A DNA stretch of 32,000 nt from Geotalea uraniireducens Rf4 (GTDB lineage: Bacteria; Desulfobacterota; Desulfuromonadia; Geobacterales; Geobacteraceae): the NCBI RefSeq assembly GCF_000016745.1, contig NC_009483.1:3210001-3242000 (forward strand). Direction: 5' to 3'. This document shows, piece by piece, positions 1 through 7,109 of the stretch. The notes beneath the pieces are model-generated. The model had not been told where the DNA came from. It worked only from the letters and a program-made list of their open reading frames with translations, and made no database searches. Every line of letters begins with the position of its first letter. Position 1 is the first letter of the stretch. A program made the position numbers and the translations under genes.

Positions 1-309
1 TGCGACATCGTCATAAACCGTCGGCATGAAGAGCTGATCGTCCGGGTCCTGGAAAACCATCCCAACCGTGCGTCGAATCTCCGGCAGGGTTGCCTTGTTC
101 ATGGGGAAATCGCCGATGCGGATCTCACCAGCGGTCGGGGCCAGATAACCGTTGAGATGGAGCAGAAGGGTCGATTTACCCGCGCCGTTGGCGCCGATGA
201 TCGCTACGGACTCACCATGGGTGATTCTGAAGGAGATGTCACTCAGGGCTGCCGTGCCGTCGGGATAGACGTGGCGAAGATTTTTGACCTCTACAATATG
301 ATGACTCAT
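1..309 (-). CDS. cbiO: ECF-type Ni/Co transporter ATPase component (CbiO/NikO), first 103 codons; the gene runs off the window start
   Basis: My translation of the minus strand from the ATG at 309 gives MSHHIVEVKNLRHVYPDGTAALSDISFRITHGESVAIIGANGAGKSTLLLHLNGYL..., with Walker A GANGAGKST. An ATGA start/stop overlap joins it to cbiQ at 306-309. Confidence 0.85.
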   Translation of the reverse strand, partial: MSHHIVEVKNLRHVYPDGTAALSDISFRITHGESVAIIGANGAGKSTLLLHLNGYLAPTAGEIRIGDFPMNKATLPEIRRTVGMVFQDPDDQLFMPTVYDDVA

Positions 310-1118
310 CGGGATATTCCTGTGACAAGCGATCCCAGAAGCTGCGAGGCGTTCTGGAGCCGCAAGGTGATGAAGAGTGTTGACCAGCAAAGCAAAAAGA
401 GGTGTTCTCTTCTGCCGAAGCGGAATTCATGGCGCGTGTGGAATTCGCCGGTGAAACCTCGCGCCAGCATGGCCATATGGATTCGCTCTGCCCGCAGCCA
501 GGTTCTGAGCAGGAGATGCCCAAGCAGGGAGCCATAGGTTTTCATGCCCAGCCCCTTGTTGCCGAATGAGCGGAGGGCCCGTGCCCGCGACGCCCGCCCG
601 CCTTCCTCGGTGAGAACGAAGATGTAGCGGTAAAGAAAAAGGAGCTGCACGGCAAACGCCGCCGGCATACCCAACCTTTCCAATGCCCGGCAGATGGCGG
701 GGAAGCCGGTTACGGCCAATAGAATTATCGCAGCCCCGACGGTGAGAGCGGCTCGAACCACGATAGAAGCACAGGAAATCCAGCCACCGGTTATCCCCAA
801 TGGACCTAGCTGGACCAGCACTTCCCGGTCGAAAACCGGGTTGAATATGGCGACTACCAGGGCAAAGGGACAGAGAAGTGCGATTTTCCTGGCAATATAA
901 CCGGCAGGAAGATTGCCGAGCCCGATAATAACCGCCGGGAAAATGAAAAAGGGAACCATGGCGGTCAGCTCATATTTGCCAAAGGAAACTACGGTCACGA
1001 TAAAGACGAAGGTCACCAGAACCTTTGCTCGCGGATCGAGGCGATGGATCGCCGAATCCCCGGTTGCCAGGCTGTCCAGACGCTTGAAATCCAGTAGTAC
1101 CCCATCAATGGATAACAT
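306..1118 (-). CDS. cbiQ: ECF transporter transmembrane (T) component CbiQ/NikQ
   Basis: 270-aa polytopic ORF lying between cbiM and cbiO. It carries the Arg-rich coupling segment (GGRASRARALRSFG) typical of ECF T components. Confidence 0.85.
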   Translation of the reverse strand: MLSIDGVLLDFKRLDSLATGDSAIHRLDPRAKVLVTFVFIVTVVSFGKYELTAMVPFFIFPAVIIGLGNLPAGYIARKIALLCPFALVVAIFNPVFDREVLVQLGPLGITGGWISCASIVVRAALTVGAAIILLAVTGFPAICRALERLGMPAAFAVQLLFLYRYIFVLTEEGGRASRARALRSFGNKGLGMKTYGSLLGHLLLRTWLRAERIHMAMLARGFTGEFHTRHEFRFGRREHLFLLCWSTLFITLRLQNASQLLGSLVTGISR

Positions 1119-1130
1119 AAGCTCTCACAA

Positions 1131-1162
1131 AACGAGGGAGAGCCAACGGCCCATCCCTCGTT
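1131..1162 (-). terminator. Intra-operon stem-loop between cbiM and cbiQ (possible partial terminator or attenuator)
   Basis: The minus strand reads AACGAGGGA-14 nt-TCCCTCGTT followed by TTGTG. The stem is 9 bp and sits in the 77-bp cbiM-cbiQ spacer. Confidence 0.3.
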
Positions 1163-1195
1163 TCCGGTTCTCCTGCAACTCCGGCATTCGGCTCA

Positions 1196-2242
1196 TCAGG
1201 CCGCCTTGTTGCGCTTCTTGAGGAGAAATCCGCTAAAGAAGGCAAGCGCCAGGGTCATCAGTGTGCCGACGATCCCCGCGATACTGGTGCCAAGGTTGCC
1301 CTCCGCCTCTTTTTTCTTCTCTATTGCAGGATTCTCCCCTTTGTTCTTTGGCTCAACAGGCTTTTTAAATGAATAATCAGGCAGGAAAGCGGATTTTTCC
1401 TGGATAGCGGCCAATGCTCCGTGCAGTCCATGTTCCGGTCCTTGCAGCTCTTCTTTGCCCGTTACCCTGGCAATGGCCCATTCAAGGCCATCCGGGTCTT
1501 TCGAGGCAAACCAGGAGACTCCACCGCCGGTGAGGATGGCAGCAGCCAGGAAAGCAAGCAGCACGTTGCGCACCGGATGGTTCCCGATGGGACGGACTTC
1601 CATGGCTCCATGCATGATCTCGGGCCGGGCCTTGTACACGAACGACACCACCGCAACGGTCACAAACCCTTCCACAATCCCGATCGCCAGGTGAATTGGC
1701 TGCATAAGGAGTGCAAACGTGGTGAACGGCAGTGCAGAAATACCGGAGAATAAAGTTTCCAGAACGACGCTGAAAGATCCCAACTGTAACCCGACAACGG
1801 CAGCTATCAGGGTTGCCATTGTCAGACGCTTTTGATCAGGGTTGCTGCCAAGTATTTTTTTATAGACAAAAGGATAGGTAATAAACGCGGGGAAAAAGCC
1901 CATGTTGAAAATATTGCAGCCGAGGGCCAGCAGGCCGCCATCGGCAAAGAAAAGCGCCTGGACAACGAGCACCGAAGCAATGGTCAGAAAAGCGGCGCAG
2001 GGGCCGAGCAGGATCGCCAGCAGTAGACCTCCACCCAAATGGCCGCTGGATCCGGTTGCCGGAATTGTGAAATTGATCATCTGCGCGGCAAAGAGGAATG
2101 CACCGAGCACCCCCATGAGCGGCGCCTTGCGGTCATCCAGCTCTGAACGGACCTTTGCTGAACAATATGCGATGGCGCCGGCTGAAGCCGCCCACATGGT
2201 CACACCAACCGCGGGGGAGAGAAGCGCGTCTGCCATATGCAT
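1196..2242 (-). CDS. cbiM: Ni/Co ECF substrate-capture component CbiM/NikM fused to a C-terminal PDGLE (CbiN-like) domain
   Basis: N-terminus is MHMADALL (the Met-His N-terminus characteristic of CbiM/NikM) on a multi-TM body. The C-terminal part contains KDPDGLEW (PDGLE motif) plus a final TM segment. GGAGG lies 8 nt upstream of the ATG. Confidence 0.85.
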   Translation of the reverse strand: MHMADALLSPAVGVTMWAASAGAIAYCSAKVRSELDDRKAPLMGVLGAFLFAAQMINFTIPATGSSGHLGGGLLLAILLGPCAAFLTIASVLVVQALFFADGGLLALGCNIFNMGFFPAFITYPFVYKKILGSNPDQKRLTMATLIAAVVGLQLGSFSVVLETLFSGISALPFTTFALLMQPIHLAIGIVEGFVTVAVVSFVYKARPEIMHGAMEVRPIGNHPVRNVLLAFLAAAILTGGGVSWFASKDPDGLEWAIARVTGKEELQGPEHGLHGALAAIQEKSAFLPDYSFKKPVEPKNKGENPAIEKKKEAEGNLGTSIAGIVGTLMTLALAFFSGFLLKKRNKAA

Positions 2243-2282
2243 GGTTGTAGCCTCCGCAATAACTGCTCATCACCAGGAGAGG

Positions 2283-2309
2283 GTAGCACGATTATAATTT
2301 TAGTAACAC
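2283..2309 (-). promoter_or_regulatory. Candidate metalloregulator (NikR-like) operator overlapping the predicted transcription start of cbiM
   Basis: The minus strand reads GTGTTAC-13 nt-GTGCTAC immediately downstream of the -10 box. It resembles a NikR signal I recall being proposed for delta-proteobacteria (GTGTTAC-N13/14-GTGATAC), but I cannot verify that recollection here. Confidence 0.3.
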
Positions 2310-2314
2310 AAATA

Positions 2315-2342
2315 GTTATAAAGAGTTGGTGCCGCATGTCAA
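2315..2342 (-). promoter_or_regulatory. Sigma70-type promoter of the cbiM-cbiQ-cbiO operon
   Basis: The minus strand reads TTGACA-16 nt-TATAAC, about 70 nt upstream of the cbiM ATG. Confidence 0.5.
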
Positions 2343-2421
2343 CATATTTTTTAGACTTGGGGTTCGAGCATGTCATGTCGTTCGGGGGGAGCAGAAAAGT
2401 CCAACAGGCTGGATAACGCAG

Positions 2422-2453
2422 AAAAAAAAGAGAGGTGAGCAGCCTCACCTCTC
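2422..2453 (-). terminator. Rho-independent terminator for a minus-strand transcript arriving from the right
   Basis: The minus strand reads GAGAGGTGAG-GCTG-CTCACCTCTC (10-bp GC-rich stem) followed by eight T. It sits just upstream of the cbiM promoter. Confidence 0.7.
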
Positions 2454-2471
2454 TTTCTCATCCTTATTAGT

Positions 2472-2626
2472 TAGTTTCCATCCGGAAACGGTTCTTTTCC
2501 GCCCTGGCGGTGTCAATCTTCAGGCTTGCTTGTGCGGCGTACCGATGTACGCCTCCGCGCAATCCCTCGATTTCCTTGCCAGGACGAAAAAATCCCTCGT
2601 TTCCGAATTGGAAACCAACAGTGTCA
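2472..2626 (-). repeat. Copy 1 of a ~155-nt structured repeat (possible sRNA/3'-UTR module or MITE); copy 2 is at 22316-22471 in inverted orientation
   Basis: Hand alignment of the reverse complement with 22316-22471 gives about 8 differences, including one 1-nt indel. Both ends carry GTTTCC-N4/5-GGAAAC mini-hairpins, and the centre carries GGCGTAC-ATCG-GTACGCC. Confidence 0.7.
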
Positions 2627-2656
2627 CATCCGGAGTTTCCGGATGGACACTAGTTA

Positions 2657-2716
2657 TTAACAGGGATGAACAACTGCGCTGCCTACGATTTTAGGAGTGA
2701 CGTAGCTACGTTTCAT
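2657..2716 (-). CDS. Hypothetical 19-aa small ORF (MKRSYVTPKIVGSAVVHPC)
   Basis: The ATG is preceded by GAAAGGAGGTG with a 5-nt spacer, the best Shine-Dalgarno I saw in the window. A TAA stop is followed by a stable hairpin, repeat copy 1 and the T8 terminator. I recognise no homologue. Confidence 0.3.
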   Translation of the reverse strand: MKRSYVTPKIVGSAVVHPC

Positions 2717-3231
2717 CAGAGCACCTCCTTTCTTTGATGTGCATATAAGTCATCTTTGTCTGCTTCTCTCCGGTTAAGTTGAAGGTGGTGATATATGGTA
2801 CTTGCGCTGCTCATGGATTTTTATATTTTGGCCATGGTCGGCTTAATAAAAGTGCAATAAATATACCGACTTCCCCGGGCACTGGGGATGGGGTCTTCAA
2901 AAGACAAATACGCAGAGCCGCACCCTTCGTTAAAACACATTAAACATTGACGAATCACAGGTCAGGACAGCCATGATTATTTATGACCGACAACCGGCTA
3001 TCAAATGCGTAAGCCTGGTAATCACGCTTACGTCGACACAGGGAAGGAACGAATTGTCAGCCTTCAAACGATGTCACCCCTGCGATTTCACCAGATGGGT
3101 CGATGCGAACAATCTGCTCCAACCTTGTTTCAAGCCGGACGAACGCAAAGTTATTTCTTTTAATATAGACAACTCTCAGATAGAATACGGTAATTTACGA
3201 TCGATACCGACGGGATTGGAGAAAAGACTTG

Positions 3232-4161
3232 ATGCGACCAGGAATGATGACCATCTACCGCACCAGCATATACTTCATGCTGACATCCATTGTTTTCTCG
3301 ACTCTCCTATTGTCCGGCTGCAAAGACACGAAAAAAAGACCGGTCATGCGTATCGGTTACATGAATTGCAACAACGAGCAGGAAACAATGCAGCGTTTTC
3401 TCCCCCTGACCCGCTATCTGTCGGAAAAGCTCGACGTGGAATTCGTCGCTGTGCCGGTGGATACCCACGATTTTGAGAAGCGGTTCCGCGACGGAGAATT
3501 CACTTTTACCCATACCAATTCACTCATCTACATCATCCTCCGGGAAAACTACAAACTGGGATTGATCGCGTCGGACAAGCGCGGCAATTTCGGCGCCCGC
3601 ACCGGCGGCGCCATCATCGCCCGCAAAGGTAGCGGCATCACCAAACTGTCCGATATTCGGGGCAAGCGAATGGTCTTCGGGCCGATGCTGGCCCCCACCG
3701 GTTATCTTGCCGAATACGACCTGATGCTGCGGTCCGGCATCGACCCCGAGAAGGATCTGGCCTATTATGCCATCCCGTCCGGTTCATACAAGCATGAAAA
3801 GCTTGTCTACGGTGTCCTGTTCGGTCAATATGACGTTGCCGCGGCGCCTCTCCTCGATCTCGAAGTCATGACGCGGGAAGGGAAAATAGCTCCCGATGAT
3901 TTTGTCATCCTGGCGCAAACGCCCATCATCCCCTACTGCACGTTCGGCGCTGACAGCAAAACCGACCCGAAACTGATAGCCAAATTCCGCCAGGCCTTAC
4001 TGGATCTTAAACCTTCGGATACCGTCGAGATCAACGGCGAACGGATCAAAGTCCTCAAGGCCGCATGGGCCGACGGTTACGAAGAGCTGTTGGACAGCGA
4101 CTACAACACCATCCGTGACATGGCCCGACGGGTCAATATGCCCCCCTATCAGAAGTATTGA
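3232..4161 (+). CDS. PhnD-family (phosphonate/phosphite-type) periplasmic substrate-binding lipoprotein, with no ABC partner genes nearby
   Basis: The signal peptide ends in the lipobox LLLSGC. The body (RIGYMN...THTNSL...GKRMVFGP..PTGYL) is typical of the PhnD/Phosphonate-bd fold. The first ATG is at 3232; the ORF track starts at an in-frame TTG at 3229. Confidence 0.8.
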   Translation: MRPGMMTIYRTSIYFMLTSIVFSTLLLSGCKDTKKRPVMRIGYMNCNNEQETMQRFLPLTRYLSEKLDVEFVAVPVDTHDFEKRFRDGEFTFTHTNSLIYIILRENYKLGLIASDKRGNFGARTGGAIIARKGSGITKLSDIRGKRMVFGPMLAPTGYLAEYDLMLRSGIDPEKDLAYYAIPSGSYKHEKLVYGVLFGQYDVAAAPLLDLEVMTREGKIAPDDFVILAQTPIIPYCTFGADSKTDPKLIAKFRQALLDLKPSDTVEINGERIKVLKAAWADGYEELLDSDYNTIRDMARRVNMPPYQKY

Positions 4162-4167
4162 GGCAGC

Positions 4168-4713
4168 ATGTTTAAGGACAGGTTCGATAGGCTGCTCTGG
4201 CTTCTGCTGGCCGTGGCAATAACAGCCCTGCTGATTCTACTGGGAACACACTCGCCCGGCGGCGGCAACGACCGTTCTGCAACCGGCCTGAACAAGGCGC
4301 TGGAGCGGGAAATGGCTTACCAGGCACGGGTGGCGCTGCTGCAGAAGCTCTACGCCCCTGTTGAGAATCTGTGCAAAAGCGGTGACCTCCAGGGGGCGCT
4401 GTTCAGACTTGATGAACTGGCCCGCACCTATCCAGGCGAGGCGCACAGTCATATATTAAAAGGAGAGATCCTCCACCAGCTGGGCGCCAGGGAAGAAGCT
4501 ATCGCCAGTTACGTGCAGGGAATCAAGCTCAGCGGCGATTACATCGACAAGAAAAGCCCCCTTTCCAGACATGACGACATTCGCCGCCTGGTCGATGAAG
4601 GGTTGAAAGATATCGGCGGCCGCGCCAAGGCAAATCCCGGCAACGCTTCGCTGGCTGCTGCCATGAAGAACGTCTATTACCTGCAAAGCCGTCTGGCCGG
4701 CGGTTGTGAGTAA
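4168..4713 (+). CDS. Membrane-anchored TPR-like protein
   Basis: An N-terminal TM segment (LLWLLLAVAITALLILLG) is followed by TPR-like helices (GEAHSHILKGEILHQLGAREEAIASYVQGIKL). GAGG lies 4 nt upstream, and 6-nt and 2-nt gaps separate it from its neighbours. Confidence 0.65.
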   Translation: MFKDRFDRLLWLLLAVAITALLILLGTHSPGGGNDRSATGLNKALEREMAYQARVALLQKLYAPVENLCKSGDLQGALFRLDELARTYPGEAHSHILKGEILHQLGAREEAIASYVQGIKLSGDYIDKKSPLSRHDDIRRLVDEGLKDIGGRAKANPGNASLAAAMKNVYYLQSRLAGGCE

Positions 4714-4715
4714 CC

Positions 4716-5780
4716 ATGAATCTGCGAGATCGCCATTTTTGGATCATATTAGCAACCGGCGCCCTTCTGGGAACGCTCGGCGTTTTGCTGGCCGTTTGGG
4801 GGAACCCGGAGAATTCAGGGATCTGCGTCTCCTGCTTCATCGAAAACAGCGCCGGTGCGCTCGGTTTTCATGATAACCCGCGTATGCAGTACCTGCGCCC
4901 GGAACTGATCGGTTTTGTGCTCGGTGCAGCTGTAAGCGCCATCGCCGCCCGCGAATTCCGCTCACGAGGCGGGAGAGCGCCGCTGCCGAGGCTTGTTTCC
5001 GGAATCTTCCTGATGGTGGGCTGTGCAGTATTTATCGGCTGCCCGATCAAGCTTTTTCTCCGCCTGACTGCCGGCGATCTTACCGCAGCGGCCGGGGTAA
5101 TCGGCCTGGTGGCGGGAGTTTGGGCAGGTCTCCGGGGGCTTTCCAATGGCGTTGAGCTGGGGACTCACCAGCGGGAACAAGGGGGGAGCGGCCTGCTGGT
5201 TCCTGTATTTTTCGCGCTGCTGCTTGTATTCCTGATCTTCCGTCCCGGCTTTGTACTCTCCTCCGACAAAGGAAGCGCCGCCCAATACGCTCCATGGGCA
5301 ATCTCCCTGGGTGTCGGCCTGCTGCTCGGAGCCCTGGCCCAGCGCAGCCGCTTCTGCATTACCGGCAGCGTGCGCGACGCCATGCTCATGGGGCTGAGAT
5401 CTTACATGCCATGGGGATTCCTGGCTTTCTGCGGCGCGGCGGTGATGTTCAACATCAGCTCCGGCCGCTTTCACCCTGGCATGTTCGGGCAGCCGGGCTC
5501 CCATCCGGACCATATCTGGAGCTTTCTCGGCATGGGCCTGGTCGGGTGGATCTCGGTAATAATCGGCGGTTGCCCGTTTCGACAGTTGATCAAGGCCGGC
5601 GAGGGGGATGCGGACGCGGGGCTGGTAGTGCTGGGGATGTTCATCGGTGGAGCGTTGGTGCAATCCTGGGGCATAGCAGCCACGGCAGCAGGGGTCTCAT
5701 TTTACGGCAAAGTGGCGGTCCTTGCCGGTTTCACGTTTATCCTGGCAACGTCTCTGCTCTGTCGCGAACGGATAGCGTAG
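4716..5780 (+). CDS. yedE: YedE/YeeE-family membrane protein (sulfur/selenium transport family)
   Basis: Polytopic 354-aa ORF with the Cys-containing re-entrant motifs of the family: GICVSCF, FIGCPIKL, SRFCITGS, IGGCPFRQ. Confidence 0.8.
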   Translation: MNLRDRHFWIILATGALLGTLGVLLAVWGNPENSGICVSCFIENSAGALGFHDNPRMQYLRPELIGFVLGAAVSAIAAREFRSRGGRAPLPRLVSGIFLMVGCAVFIGCPIKLFLRLTAGDLTAAAGVIGLVAGVWAGLRGLSNGVELGTHQREQGGSGLLVPVFFALLLVFLIFRPGFVLSSDKGSAAQYAPWAISLGVGLLLGALAQRSRFCITGSVRDAMLMGLRSYMPWGFLAFCGAAVMFNISSGRFHPGMFGQPGSHPDHIWSFLGMGLVGWISVIIGGCPFRQLIKAGEGDADAGLVVLGMFIGGALVQSWGIAATAAGVSFYGKVAVLAGFTFILATSLLCRERIA

Positions 5781-5819
5781 CAAATTCCCATCCATCCTGA
5801 ACATATCATTTACCTCCAT

Positions 5820-7109
5820 TTACACATTACGTGCAACATCGGAACGATAACGCAGGGTATAGGCAAGGATCGATACCATTAATCCCAGTATGGAAAGCGC
5901 CGCCAGTAGCGTGTAAACCGCGTCAACCCCCTTGCTGTCGACTATGTAACCTCCCACCAGTGTGGCAATAGACCCCATTCCCATAATAAAGAAGAAGTTC
6001 CAGCCATACCCTTTGCCGTAGGATCTTTTTGCGGTATAGGAAGCAATGAGAGAGTTCTGAATCGGCTGCCAGCCGTAAAAGACCAGAGTAAAGACAATAC
6101 TGGCAACGATCAAAGAAGTATTGGTGTAACGGCTTATATAGTACGCGGCCGGTATGACAATCAGGTAGATGCCGATATGGACCAGTTCCGGGTGCCGGGC
6201 TCTGTCGGAAAGGTAGCCGCCAAGCCACTGGCCGAAGATCCCCAGTGTAAGTATCGCCGAAGTCAGCATTCCGGCGACCATGACCGGCTGGTCGGCGGTG
6301 GATACGAAATTGATCTCCTGCTGGAACAGGGCCGGAAAGAATGTCAGAGACCCCCGATAAACGAAGCCGAACAGGATCGACCCGCCGTAAAGAACCAGCA
6401 GCGCTACGGGAATCTTCGAAACTGGCGGTGTGACTGCCGGCTCCGCAGCAGTCGACGCTTCCGCACCGATTGTGACGGCGCCGCTCGCGTTGGACAGGGG
6501 GCGGAACGGCCGCCAGGAAAGAATTCCCATCAGGTCGGCCCGCGACCACTCATTCTCCCCGTCAATGACGGTTATCTGGACAACGAAGGCAAAGATGAGC
6601 CCCAATATGCCGAAGGCAATGTACGCGGCTCGCCAGGTATCGAACAACATCACCATTGTTCCGGCAAAGAGAGGAGCGAGGGAAAGCCCCAGGTTGCCCA
6701 ATATCCCGTGAAGACTCAGCGCCTTACCTTTTTTTGCGATGTGGTGAGCGATAAGAGAAAGACCGGACGGGTGATAGATGCTTGCCGTAAGCCCAAGGAG
6801 CGCATAGGCAAAACCGAAGCTCCAGCTCCCCGGCGACAGTCCGACAAGTATGGCGGAGATCGCCATTCCCCAAAGGCCTAAGACCAGCATCTTCTTGGCG
6901 CCAAGCCGGTCAGCCATGATGCCTGCAGGGATGGAGCCTACACCAAAAAGGCAGTATCCCACATTTATGATGGCCCCGAGGGCAAAGAAGCCGAGGGACT
7001 GATCGCCGGCCAGCACCACGAGAACCGCAGGGAGCAGGGTCATATAGCCGTGATTTACGCCGTGCGACAAACTGGCAAGCCAGGCTACTTTCCGTTCGTT
7101 GGCATTCAT
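5820..7109 (-). CDS. MFS transporter, last gene of the seven-gene operon
   Basis: 429-aa ORF with about 12 TM segments and MFS-like loop motifs (GIMADRLGAKK). ATGA overlap with the upstream gene at 7106-7109. Confidence 0.85.
   Translation of the reverse strand: MNANERKVAWLASLSHGVNHGYMTLLPAVLVVLAGDQSLGFFALGAIINVGYCLFGVGSIPAGIMADRLGAKKMLVLGLWGMAISAILVGLSPGSWSFGFAYALLGLTASIYHPSGLSLIAHHIAKKGKALSLHGILGNLGLSLAPLFAGTMVMLFDTWRAAYIAFGILGLIFAFVVQITVIDGENEWSRADLMGILSWRPFRPLSNASGAVTIGAEASTAAEPAVTPPVSKIPVALLVLYGGSILFGFVYRGSLTFFPALFQQEINFVSTADQPVMVAGMLTSAILTLGIFGQWLGGYLSDRARHPELVHIGIYLIVIPAAYYISRYTNTSLIVASIVFTLVFYGWQPIQNSLIASYTAKRSYGKGYGWNFFFIMGMGSIATLVGGYIVDSKGVDAVYTLLAALSILGLMVSILAYTLRYRSDVARNV

Noticed and set aside
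2243-2430. Expected a cobalamin or NiCo riboswitch upstream of cbiM
   Set aside because: The leader is only ~70 nt between a good promoter and the ATG. I could not find a B12-box-like or NiCo-like core by eye. A covariance-model scan would be needed to exclude one formally.
2326-2694. ORFs 2326-2694 (+) and 22317-22619 (-) share the peptide FHPETVLF.PGGVNL.ACLCGVPMYASAQSLDFLARTK, hinting at a duplicated small gene
   Set aside because: The shared peptide is only the translation of the ~155-nt repeat. A 1-nt indel between the copies breaks the frame right after RTK. The ORF ends lie outside the repeat and are unrelated, and there is no RBS. Conservation is at nucleotide or structure level.
2973-3476. 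167-aa plus-strand ORF spanning the AT-rich spacer and the start of the PhnD-like gene
   Set aside because: It overlaps the well-supported binding-protein gene out of frame. It has no RBS and its product has no recognisable features.
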